DNA of 34,140 bases from the IMG/VR virus record IMGVR_UViG_3300017774_008308, positions 1 through 34,140 of that record. One strand, given 5' to 3'. Shown here piece by piece: positions 20,104 to 29,078 of this stretch. The position numbers and the translations under genes are program-made. The notes below the pieces were generated by a model, which searched no databases, had not been told where the DNA came from, and worked only from the letters and a program-made list of their open reading frames with translations. The stretch comes from a virus (Duplodnaviria > Caudoviricetes). The stretch's first letter is position 1. Each line of letters starts with the position of its first letter.

Positions 20104-21058
20104 AAATCAAAAAGTTTTAGTAACAGGCGGAGCCGGAATGATTGGTCGTCAATTAGTAGATTTACTTCTAGAAAAAGGAGCCAAAGTAACAATAGCTGAC
20201 TTAAATGAACCTACTGATTTACCTCAGGAAGTGGATTTTATTAAAGCAAATCTACTATATTTTGACCAGTGTCAAAACATTTGTCAAGGTCAAGATTATG
20301 TTTTTAATTTAGTAGGTATTAAATGCTCCCCTAAAGTAACAATGGAACAACCAGCTGATATTATGGGTCCGATGATGCAATTTAATACTAATATGTTAGA
20401 GGCAGCTATGAAAGCTAATGTTAAATGGTATTTGTATACAAGCACTGTTGGTGTCTATACTCCTGCTGAAATATTTTATGAGGATGATGTTTGGAAAGGT
20501 TCTCCCTCACCAAATGATTGGTATGGTGGTTGGGCTAAGCGAATGGGGGAATTACAATGTGAAGCTTATGAAAAACAAAATGGTGAAGGTAGATGTTCAA
20601 TTGTAAGACCAGCTAATGTTTATGGACCTTATGATAATTTTGATTTGAAAAATGCTATGGTTGTTCCTTCGCTCATCAGAAAAGCAAACGAAAATGATAT
20701 AATTGATGTTTGGGGTGATGGTTCACCGATTAGAGATTTCATTCATGCTAAAGATGTTGCTCGTGGAATGATGTTTGTAGTTGAAAACAAAATTACTAAA
20801 CCTGTTAATTTAGGTTCGGGCACAGGAGTAACAATTAAAGAATTATCCGAAATTGTTGCTAATTATTTTAATAAATCTATTCAATACTCTCCAGAAAAAC
20901 CATCTGGAGATGCTAAACGTATTTTTAGTATGGAAAGAGCTAATTCGTATGGTTTTTATCCTGAAGTTTCTATTAAAGAAGGTATAGAAAGTACAATTGA
21001 GTGGTTTTTAAATAATCCTGATAAAATAGATAAGAAATTTAATGCCCTCAACAAATAA
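20096..21058 (+). CDS. NAD(P)-dependent epimerase/reductase (GDP-L-fucose synthase-like)
   Basis: TGGAGMIG, YGGWAKR, RPANVYGPYDNF, VWGDGSPIRDF. Confidence 0.9.
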   Translation: MFKNQKVLVTGGAGMIGRQLVDLLLEKGAKVTIADLNEPTDLPQEVDFIKANLLYFDQCQNICQGQDYVFNLVGIKCSPKVTMEQPADIMGPMMQFNTNMLEAAMKANVKWYLYTSTVGVYTPAEIFYEDDVWKGSPSPNDWYGGWAKRMGELQCEAYEKQNGEGRCSIVRPANVYGPYDNFDLKNAMVVPSLIRKANENDIIDVWGDGSPIRDFIHAKDVARGMMFVVENKITKPVNLGSGTGVTIKELSEIVANYFNKSIQYSPEKPSGDAKRIFSMERANSYGFYPEVSIKEGIESTIEWFLNNPDKIDKKFNALNK

Positions 21059-21633
21059 TGGATAAAATTTTAATCACAGGAGCAAACTCAGGTCTAGGTA
21101 AACATTTAGTATCTAAGTTTAAAGATAATGGATATGAAGTGTTTGAACATAAAGGTAGTAAACATTACGATTTATCTAATCAAGATGAAGTAAAAAAATT
21201 AGCAGATGATGCTAAAGATTTTGGAGTAAATATTCTGATAAATAATGCTGCTATAGTTTGTCCAAGTAAAGAATTGTTATTATATTCCGATAAAGAAATT
21301 AAAAATATGATAGAAGTAAATTTAACTTCTCCTATATTATTAACATTTTATTTACTAAATCAATTAACAGATATTATTAATATTAATTCAATGGTTGGAC
21401 TTGAAGTTAAATCCCCAAGAACATTATACTCAGCTACAAAGTGGGGGTTAAGGGGATTTGCTCAAAGTCTAAAAGAAGAAAATAAAAATATAAATGTCTT
21501 AGATGTTTATCCTACAAATATTAAAACAACCCCTGATAGACAAAATGCTATGGATGTTAATTTTGTAGTAGATAATATATATAATTCATTTTTAAATAAA
21601 GAACAAACACTTATATTAGATGGAAGAAAATAA
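21058..21633 (+). CDS. Classical short-chain dehydrogenase/reductase
   Basis: TGANSGLG, LINNAA, NINS, YSATK. Confidence 0.92.
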   Translation: MDKILITGANSGLGKHLVSKFKDNGYEVFEHKGSKHYDLSNQDEVKKLADDAKDFGVNILINNAAIVCPSKELLLYSDKEIKNMIEVNLTSPILLTFYLLNQLTDIININSMVGLEVKSPRTLYSATKWGLRGFAQSLKEENKNINVLDVYPTNIKTTPDRQNAMDVNFVVDNIYNSFLNKEQTLILDGRK

Positions 21634-22576
21634 AACAATATTAATTTGTGGAGCTACAGGTTTTATTGGTAGAAATTTATTAGATTTTTATTACAAACAA
21701 GGAAAATATAAAATCAAAGCAACTCATTTTAAACGTCCTGCTGTTGAAGGGTATGATGGTGTGAAATGGATAAATTGTGATTTACGTGATTCAAAACAAG
21801 TAAAAGAAGCTGTAAATGGAGTAGATATAATTTTACAATTTGCTGCTACAACTACAGGAGCTAAAGATATAGTTTCTAAACCTTACATTCATGTTACAGA
21901 CAATGCTGTTATGAATTCTTTACTACTTAGAGAAGCATTTGAACGAGGGATAGAACATTTTATTTTTCCTAGTTGTACTATCATGTATCAAAAATCAGAA
22001 ATAGCTATTAAAGAATCTGATTTTAATCCCTCAGAAGAAATTCAATCATTTTATTTTGGAGCAGGATATACTAAAATATATTTAGAAAGAATGTGTGAGT
22101 TTTATTCTCGTTTAGGTAAAACAAAACATACAGTTATTAGACATTCTAATATGTATGGTCCTTATGACAAATATGATTTAGAAAAATCTCATGTATTTGG
22201 AGCTACTATTACTAAAGTAATGACATCACAAGACGGAAAAGTAAATGTATGGGGTACTGGAGAAGAAAAACGTGATTTGTTATATGTTGAAGATTTAGTA
22301 GATTTTATAGATATTACTATTAACAAACAAACCACCCCATATGAATTACTTAATGTTGGTTTAGGTGAAGGAATTAAAATTAAAAATTTAGTTCAAAAAA
22401 TTATCACCCACTCAGAACGTGATTTAGAAATAGTTCATGATTTGTCAAAACCAACTGTTCCAACTTCTCTATTTTTAGATTGTTCTTTAGCAAAAGATAA
22501 ATTAAATTGGAAACCAAAACATACCTTAGATGAAGGTATTATTAAAACTTTAAATTGGTATAAAAACAATAAATAA
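21620..22576 (+). CDS. NAD(P)-dependent epimerase/reductase (second Fcl-like enzyme)
   Basis: GATGFIG, RHSNMYGPYD, SHV, VWGTGEEKRDLLYVED. Confidence 0.9.
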   Translation: MEENKTILICGATGFIGRNLLDFYYKQGKYKIKATHFKRPAVEGYDGVKWINCDLRDSKQVKEAVNGVDIILQFAATTTGAKDIVSKPYIHVTDNAVMNSLLLREAFERGIEHFIFPSCTIMYQKSEIAIKESDFNPSEEIQSFYFGAGYTKIYLERMCEFYSRLGKTKHTVIRHSNMYGPYDKYDLEKSHVFGATITKVMTSQDGKVNVWGTGEEKRDLLYVEDLVDFIDITINKQTTPYELLNVGLGEGIKIKNLVQKIITHSERDLEIVHDLSKPTVPTSLFLDCSLAKDKLNWKPKHTLDEGIIKTLNWYKNNK

Positions 22577-22577
22577 T

Positions 22578-23639
22578 ATGGGGATGTCAGATTGCATATC
22601 AGATTACAACCACAGTAATCTAAATAAAGTAAATAGAGTATTAATCACAGGTATAACAGGAATGGTTGGCTCACACTTAGCTGATTTCTTATTAGAAAAT
22701 ACAGATTGGAAAATTTATGGTTTAGCTCGTTGGGCTGATTCTTTAGATAATTTAGAACATTTAACAGAAAAAATTAATAATAAAGAACGGATTGAACTTA
22801 TTTATGGTGACTTGAATGATTTAGCTTCATTGATGACAGCTATTGATAAATCCCAACCAGATTATTTATTTCATTTAGCTGCTCAATCTTACCCACAAAC
22901 TAGTTTTGACTCACCTATAGAAACGATACAAACAAATATATTAGGGACGGCTAACTTGTTAGAGGCATTGCGTAAATCACGTTATAAAAACGCTATAACT
23001 CATGTATGTGCATCGAGTGAGGTATTTGGTCGTGTACCTAAAGAAAAACTTCCAATTAATGAAGAATGTTCCTTCCACCCAGCTTCACCTTATGCTATTT
23101 CAAAAGTAGGTACTGATTTAGTAGGTCGTTATTATGCTGAAGCCTATGGGATGACAATCATGACTACGCGTATGTTTACTCATACGGGTCCTAGACGTGG
23201 TGATGTGTTTTCGGAATCAACCTTTGCAAAACAAATTGCAATGATTGAAGCCGGTTTACAAGAACCTAAAATTTATGTAGGTAATTTAGATTCACTTCGC
23301 ACTTATGCTGATGTAAGAGATGCTGTTAAAGCTTATCATATGTTAGTTACAGTAAATCCAACCTCCGGAGAATATTATAATATTGGAGGTACATATACTT
23401 GTAAAATTGCGGATATGCTTAATTATTTAATTAACCAATCAACAGTTCAAAACATTGAAATCGTAACCGATCCTGAACGTTTAAGACCAATTGATGCGGA
23501 TTTACAAGTCCCAGATACTACTAAATTCCAAAACCACACAGGTTGGAAACCAGAATACACATTTGAACAGACAATGAATGATCTTCTTGAATATTGGAGA
23601 AACAGAGTCAATTCAGGACGTAAATTTTTAAGACGATGA
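22578..23639 (+). CDS. gmd: GDP-mannose / GDP-manno-heptose 4,6-dehydratase (DmhA-like)
   Basis: TGITGMVGSH, HLAAQS, SSEVFG, SPYAISK, HTGPRR, VGNLDSLR, RLRPID. Confidence 0.93.
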   Translation: MGMSDCISDYNHSNLNKVNRVLITGITGMVGSHLADFLLENTDWKIYGLARWADSLDNLEHLTEKINNKERIELIYGDLNDLASLMTAIDKSQPDYLFHLAAQSYPQTSFDSPIETIQTNILGTANLLEALRKSRYKNAITHVCASSEVFGRVPKEKLPINEECSFHPASPYAISKVGTDLVGRYYAEAYGMTIMTTRMFTHTGPRRGDVFSESTFAKQIAMIEAGLQEPKIYVGNLDSLRTYADVRDAVKAYHMLVTVNPTSGEYYNIGGTYTCKIADMLNYLINQSTVQNIEIVTDPERLRPIDADLQVPDTTKFQNHTGWKPEYTFEQTMNDLLEYWRNRVNSGRKFLRR

Positions 23640-24367
23640 AAATATTAGTTATAGGAGATAGTTGTTTAGACATCTTCAGATATGGTAAAATAACTCGTAT
23701 TGCTCCTGAAGCACCCGTTCCCATTATTGTCCCAGAAAGAGAAACATCAAACCCAGGAATGGCAGGAAACGTAGTATCTAATTTAAAATCATTAGGAGCT
23801 GAAGTAGAATTTATTACTAATAAAACAGAAATACGTAAAATTAGATACGTTTGTTCTAAATATAATCATTTATTATTACGCGTAGATGAAAATGATACTT
23901 GTGAAAAAATAGATATAATACCCTTTAAAACTGGAGTATTTAATGCTGTAATAATTTCTGATTATTGTAAAGGATTTTTAACTGAAAAAGATATAGAAAT
24001 AATTTCTAAAAGTTGTGATTGTCCAATATTCTTAGATACTAAGAAAATATTAGGAGAATGGGCTCACAATATTGATTTTATTAAAATTAATTATCATGAA
24101 TATGAGCGTAATAAAGAAGTTTTAAAAAATGATTTAATTCTACAAAATAAAACTATTGTAACTAGAGGTAAATACGGTTGTGATTATCAAGGTAAAAATT
24201 ACCCTACAATAGATGTACCTGTAAAAGATGTTTCCGGAGCAGGCGATACCTTTCTATCAGGACTAGTAGTAGAATATATTCGCTCTAAAAGCATAGATTT
24301 ATCAATTAACTTTGCTCAGAAATGCACAACAGTAGTAATTCAAAAATCAGGAGTATCAACAATATAA
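23636..24367 (+). CDS. rfaE: Heptose-7-phosphate kinase, stand-alone RfaE/HldE domain I (PfkB family)
   Basis: VIGDSCLD, RIAPEAPVP, GMAGNV, SDYCKG, DVSGAGDTF. Confidence 0.9.
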   Translation: MKILVIGDSCLDIFRYGKITRIAPEAPVPIIVPERETSNPGMAGNVVSNLKSLGAEVEFITNKTEIRKIRYVCSKYNHLLLRVDENDTCEKIDIIPFKTGVFNAVIISDYCKGFLTEKDIEIISKSCDCPIFLDTKKILGEWAHNIDFIKINYHEYERNKEVLKNDLILQNKTIVTRGKYGCDYQGKNYPTIDVPVKDVSGAGDTFLSGLVVEYIRSKSIDLSINFAQKCTTVVIQKSGVSTI

Positions 24368-24379
24368 TAAAATAAAAAC

Positions 24380-25177
24380 ATGGATAAATCATTTGAAATA
24401 GTAGAAACACAATTTGGTAATTTTTTAATTAATGAATATGATTTAATTGGAAATTTTATAAAACACCAAAAACAATGGGAATATCATCTATATGAATTTT
24501 ATTCTCAAATATTAGATGAAAATAGTTATTGTGTTGATGCTGGAGCTAATCTAGGATTTCACACGATTCAATTTGGTCGTTTATCTAAAAAAGTATATGC
24601 CTTTGAACCTCAATCATTAATATTTAATCAACTATGTGCTAATATTTTATTTAATGGATTAGATGAAGTAATAAATCCTTATAAATTAGCATTAGGAGAT
24701 AAAGTTGACAAACAACAATTGTGGAACATTGAACATGAAGATTGGGTTGGAAATGGATCTCATAATTGGGGTGGTAGAGGTATCATCCAAAAAGATTTAG
24801 ATCCTAAAAGAGCTAATGAAAATGAATATCGAGAATATGATGTAGTAGAAATAGTACCTTTAGATTCTATAAACATCCCTAAATGTGATCTTTTCAAAAT
24901 CGATATTCAAGGATATGAATATTTTGCTTTTTTAGGAGCTCAAGAATTAATAATAAATAATAAACCTATTATTTTATTAGAAAATCACCTAAATGATTTA
25001 GAAAACGAGAAAAAATCAAAACAATTTTTATTAGATTTAGGATATGATCTTTATAGATATAATGTTGGAAATAAAGAAGATTGTATTTTAATTCACCCTG
25101 AAAATCAAAATTATTCTAAATCACTTTCAGTAATTGAAAATATTAAAGATAAATATAACATTATTAAAGAATCATGA
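24380..25177 (+). CDS. FkbM-family SAM-dependent methyltransferase
   Basis: VDAGANLGFHT, VYAFEP, KIDIQGYE. Confidence 0.92.
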   Translation: MDKSFEIVETQFGNFLINEYDLIGNFIKHQKQWEYHLYEFYSQILDENSYCVDAGANLGFHTIQFGRLSKKVYAFEPQSLIFNQLCANILFNGLDEVINPYKLALGDKVDKQQLWNIEHEDWVGNGSHNWGGRGIIQKDLDPKRANENEYREYDVVEIVPLDSINIPKCDLFKIDIQGYEYFAFLGAQELIINNKPIILLENHLNDLENEKKSKQFLLDLGYDLYRYNVGNKEDCILIHPENQNYSKSLSVIENIKDKYNIIKES

Positions 25178-26019
25178 AAACCGCAGCAGTTTTATTTTGT
25201 CGAAACGATGAATATAAAGAAGACGAAAGAGCAATCATTTGTCTAAATTCAATGATAGAAACTTTTGATGAAGTTTGGTATATTGATTGGAATTCACCTG
25301 AGGATAAAGGATCATTACTTTGGAAAATTGAAGATAAACTAATCAAACAAGGTAAAATTAAACACATAATTATTCCTCCAAGTATTGCCAAACAGTTATC
25401 CCCTAACGGTAGTGTAGTTAATGGATTACTCCCCCCTAATATAGTATTTAGAAGAACAGATGCTGATTGGATTGTAACTACAACAATGGATATTATAGCA
25501 CCTAAAAAAGAGATATTTGAAGATTTTCTTAAAACAGCTGATCCAAATACTTTCTATACTGTAGAAAGAAGAGACATTGAGTATAAAGATGTAGAAGATT
25601 TTGGTTTTGATAATTGGAGAGAATATAGAAACCAATTAGATACTACAACAGAACCAAGACATTGGTTTACTAAAGTAACCCCTAATGATAAATATAGTTT
25701 AATAAATTGTTGTGGAGACTTTCAATTAGCATCTCGTAATGTTTGGAATACTATAAAAGGATTCGAAGAAAAAATGATCCATGCTTGTTACCCGGATACA
25801 AATGTCCAGAAAAAAGCAGTATTGAATGGATTTGGTTTAGAAGCTGTATTTACTATTCCTCTATATCATATGTCTCATGAAGGTATGGAAAATGACGGTT
25901 TATCTCCCTCAAAACAAAAATATAATGATCCTTGGGAATGGGTTGAATTTTTTGAAGAATCCCAAAATACTAGTGATTGGGGATTAAGCAATACAGAAAT
26001 TGAGTATGAAATTTATTAA
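25174..26019 (+). CDS. Putative GT-A fold glycosyltransferase
   Basis: RND, IDWNS, RRTDADWIVTTTMDII, CGDFQL, KGFEE pattern. Confidence 0.6.
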   Translation: MKTAAVLFCRNDEYKEDERAIICLNSMIETFDEVWYIDWNSPEDKGSLLWKIEDKLIKQGKIKHIIIPPSIAKQLSPNGSVVNGLLPPNIVFRRTDADWIVTTTMDIIAPKKEIFEDFLKTADPNTFYTVERRDIEYKDVEDFGFDNWREYRNQLDTTTEPRHWFTKVTPNDKYSLINCCGDFQLASRNVWNTIKGFEEKMIHACYPDTNVQKKAVLNGFGLEAVFTIPLYHMSHEGMENDGLSPSKQKYNDPWEWVEFFEESQNTSDWGLSNTEIEYEIY

Positions 26020-26033
26020 TTATAAATAACATA

Positions 26034-26882
26034 ATGGAAAAAATAGGAGTTATAGGACAGGGTTTTGTTGGGTCTGCAGTCTGTGAAGGAATGAAGAATT
26101 ATTTTGATGTAAGAACATACGATATCAATGGTAATTGTAATGAACCCTCACTAGATGAATTGATTAATCAAGTAAATGAAACATTCCTATGTGTGCCTAC
26201 TCCAATGAAAAAATCGGGGGAATGTGATTTATCAATTGTAAAAGAATGTTTACAAGATATTTTAAACATAGTTGAATATTACCAAAAAGAAAATTTTATA
26301 GTAATACTCAAGTCAACTATCCCCCCGGGAACTACAGAAAAATTAAATCAAGAATTTAAAAATATTCACATTGCTTTTAACCCGGAATTTTTAACTGAGG
26401 CAAATGCTGTTGAGGATTATAAAAATCAAAATAGAATAATTATAGGAGCCGACAGACCATACTCTTCAAGGGTAAAACAAATATTTTCAAAATCATTTCC
26501 AAAAGTACCTATTATTAAAACATCCTCAACTATAGCTGAAACCATTAAATATGTTACAAATACATTTTTATCAATGAAAGTTTCATATGCAAATGAGATA
26601 TATCAATTATGTAATACTTTAGAAATTGATTATGATAAAGTAATTGAATATGCTAGATATGATGATAGATTAGGCAATTCACATTGGTCTGTTCCTGGAC
26701 CCGATGGTGATTTAGGATTTGGAGGTCATTGTTTCCCTAAAGATATTGCTGCTTTGCAATATGTAATGAAAACACTAAATGTTGATTCAACAATGTTAGA
26801 TTCAACTATTATAAAAAACGAAATGGTACGAACAGACAAAGATTGGGAAAAACAAATCGGACGTGCTGTCTCAAAAAACTAA
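26034..26882 (+). CDS. ugd: UDP-glucose/GDP-mannose 6-dehydrogenase family, short form
   Basis: GQGFVG, CVPTP, KSTIPPGT, NPEFL, GFGGHCFPKD; 282 aa, lacks the C-terminal UDP-binding domain. Confidence 0.93.
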   Translation: MEKIGVIGQGFVGSAVCEGMKNYFDVRTYDINGNCNEPSLDELINQVNETFLCVPTPMKKSGECDLSIVKECLQDILNIVEYYQKENFIVILKSTIPPGTTEKLNQEFKNIHIAFNPEFLTEANAVEDYKNQNRIIIGADRPYSSRVKQIFSKSFPKVPIIKTSSTIAETIKYVTNTFLSMKVSYANEIYQLCNTLEIDYDKVIEYARYDDRLGNSHWSVPGPDGDLGFGGHCFPKDIAALQYVMKTLNVDSTMLDSTIIKNEMVRTDKDWEKQIGRAVSKN

Positions 26883-26904
26883 ACTTACTAATACATTTTA
26901 CATA

Positions 26905-27084
26905 ATGGGCCTATTTATATACTATAACAAACACGATAAAACTAAGGAACCTCACGGCAAATTTGAGGCTATTAATTTAGAGGATGCTATTTTAGTAGCT
27001 TCTCATATTAAAGATATGAATCTACAGGATTTCCTAAAAGTATTTAAAGTTGAACAAGTCTTTAAAAATTCTACAAAAAAATAA
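26905..27084 (+). CDS. Hypothetical protein; start revised to ATG 26905
   Basis: MGLFIYYNK... avoids overlap with ugd. Confidence 0.6.
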   Translation: MGLFIYYNKHDKTKEPHGKFEAINLEDAILVASHIKDMNLQDFLKVFKVEQVFKNSTKK

Positions 27085-27100
27085 TTAAAATAGTAATTAT

Positions 27101-27478
27101 ATGAATCCATTTGGCAAAAATCTTAACATTAAACTCCGTAACTCAGAACCTACTGAAAAGGATTATTTTTTAGATATTGTTTTAGCTATAGATGAGTGTT
27201 GGAAAAGAACTAACCATATGGAAGAGGAAGTGGGAATGGGAATTGCTAATTATGAAGAATCTTTTTATATTATAATTGAAAATTTAATCCTTCTTCACTA
27301 TGGGGAATGGAAAGGAAGTATCATTTTGTGGTGGTTATTTGAACGTTTTAATGATGAGGGAGAATTATTAGCTATAGAATTAAATAATCTTGATGAAAGT
27401 ACTCAAAAAGAATTATTAGTAGAAACTCCTGAACAACTTTGGGATTTGATTAAAAAAATTGAATTAAACGAAAAATAA
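27101..27478 (+). CDS. Acidic hypothetical protein
   Basis: 125 aa ORF in operon context. Confidence 0.75.
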   Translation: MNPFGKNLNIKLRNSEPTEKDYFLDIVLAIDECWKRTNHMEEEVGMGIANYEESFYIIIENLILLHYGEWKGSIILWWLFERFNDEGELLAIELNNLDESTQKELLVETPEQLWDLIKKIELNEK

Positions 27479-27482
27479 AAAT

Positions 27483-27776
27483 ATGATTATTAGATATTGT
27501 AAAGGATGTAAAGAACAAATTAATCCAAAAAGATTAGAAATTCTTCCAACAGCAACAACTTGTGTTCCCTGCTCAACAACACAAAAAAGAGGAGCAGTAA
27601 CAGTAATGAAAGGTGAAGGAGACCATACATGGATTGAAACAATATTCATGGAACATGATGACTTTCACCGTTATGAAGAACAAAATAAAAAATCAAAACG
27701 CATTACCTCTAAAAATTCTCAACCAGAATATCAAGATTACAACAAGGATAATTCAGTTGATAATATTGATATTTAA
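27483..27776 (+). CDS. DksA/TraR C4 zinc-finger protein
   Basis: CKGC-x3-I-x3-RLEILP-x4-CVPC. Confidence 0.85.
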   Translation: MIIRYCKGCKEQINPKRLEILPTATTCVPCSTTQKRGAVTVMKGEGDHTWIETIFMEHDDFHRYEEQNKKSKRITSKNSQPEYQDYNKDNSVDNIDI

Positions 27777-27795
27777 AACTTTATAAAATAAAGAT

Positions 27796-28440
27796 ATGCC
27801 AAAAGCAAAACCATTAGGAAAAGAATTAATTTTAGCAGCTGTTGCTAAGACTAAATCAAATAAAGCAGCGGCACGTTATTTGAATTGTTCTTATATACAC
27901 TATAAAAAATGGGCTAGAATATATGAGGCAACAAAACCAGGATATGAAAATTTATTTGAACAACATAAAAACCAATGTGGAAAAGGTATTCCAAAATTTT
28001 TAAGTAATGGAAACCCAAGAAAAGATTTTGCTTTATTAGACTTAATCGAAGGAAGAATTGACCCATCTTCTTTTAATCCAAATAAAATTAAATATAAGTT
28101 GTTACAAGAGGGTTATATGAAAGAGGAATGCTATTCGTGTGGCTTTCATGAACATCGCGTACTAGACTATAAAATGCCGCTTTTAATGCATTTTAAAGAT
28201 GGAAACAAACAACATTATCGACTTGAAAATCTAGAAATGCTTTGTTACAATTGTTATTTCCTATACCAGGGAGATCTGTTTACAGGAAAACAATTAGAGG
28301 GTATAGAGGATCATTTAACTAAAAATGATTCCAAAGTAGATTGGGAAATAGATTCATATACTCAAGAACGCTTAAAAGAATTAGGCTTATATGATTCAAC
28401 TCCTATAGATGATGGAAGCGAATATATAAGTCATTTATAA
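27796..28440 (+). CDS. HTH plus degenerate HNH-like zinc-binding protein
   Basis: NKAAARYLNCSYIHYKKWA (HTH-like); CYSC...HFKDGN...LENLEMLCYNC. Confidence 0.75.
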   Translation: MPKAKPLGKELILAAVAKTKSNKAAARYLNCSYIHYKKWARIYEATKPGYENLFEQHKNQCGKGIPKFLSNGNPRKDFALLDLIEGRIDPSSFNPNKIKYKLLQEGYMKEECYSCGFHEHRVLDYKMPLLMHFKDGNKQHYRLENLEMLCYNCYFLYQGDLFTGKQLEGIEDHLTKNDSKVDWEIDSYTQERLKELGLYDSTPIDDGSEYISHL

Positions 28441-28459
28441 ATTTATAATATTTAGAATC

Positions 28460-28648
28460 ATGGGTAGGAAAATAATTCCATTATTAAAAAAAGGTAAACA
28501 TAAAAAACATGATACTATTGTGAATGACTTTGATATCCAAAAAAGTAAACATCTAGAGAAGTTAGCAACTAAAATGATTAATGAACAAGATAAAATAGAG
28601 AAGCTTAAATCTAAAAATATAAACCCAAACTTTTTAAATCTATTCTAA
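28460..28648 (+). CDS. Basic hypothetical protein
   Basis: 62 aa, Lys-rich. Confidence 0.65.
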   Translation: MGRKIIPLLKKGKHKKHDTIVNDFDIQKSKHLEKLATKMINEQDKIEKLKSKNINPNFLNLF

Positions 28649-28649
28649 C

Positions 28650-29021
28650 ATGGCACTCGAAATCACAATCCAAAACTCAGATGAATTTCAAGAAATGGTT
28701 GAAGGCAAAGACTTTCGTATTTCTGAGGCTGTAGTTAATGGAATTTTAAGCAATTTATCTACAAAAAAAAGACATATTCACGTAATTTCTATAATTTGTA
28801 TTGAAGATGATGCTATTTATGATATTACAATTGAACGTAAACATTTTCTTGAAACACTTGAGGAAAATCTTCCATATTACATTAAAGAAGAAAAATATGA
28901 AGAATGTCAAATTATTGCAGACACAATAAATAAATTAAAAAATCAAGAAATAGGAAATATGATTGAAGATATTTCAAAATTAGGGAATCTGATTGAAGAT
29001 ATTTCCAAATCCAAAAAGTAA
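28650..29021 (+). CDS. Hypothetical protein with UvrB/C-like helical motif
   Basis: YIKEEKYEECQIIADTI; duplicated C-terminal decapeptide. Confidence 0.7.
   Translation: MALEITIQNSDEFQEMVEGKDFRISEAVVNGILSNLSTKKRHIHVISIICIEDDAIYDITIERKHFLETLEENLPYYIKEEKYEECQIIADTINKLKNQEIGNMIEDISKLGNLIEDISKSKK
28951..29010 (+). repeat. 30-bp in-frame tandem duplication
   Basis: TAGGAAATATGATTGAAGATATTTCAAAAT / TAGGGAATCTGATTGAAGATATTTCCAAAT, 27/30 identical. Confidence 0.9.
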
Positions 29022-29022
29022 A

Positions 29023-29054
29023 TTTGGTATACCCAGATAGGGTTCGTATATTTG
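29023..29054 (+). promoter_or_regulatory. Bacteroidota-type promoter (P3), perfect consensus
   Basis: TTTG-N20-TATATTTG matches -33 TTTG / -7 TAnnTTTG. Confidence 0.85.
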
Positions 29055-29078
29055 ACCATAACCATAAAAATAAAAGTT

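Noticed and set aside
11187-20606. Alternate-frame + ORFs at 11187, 13768 and 20418
   Set aside because: Nested within conserved enzymes, no motifs or separate initiation context
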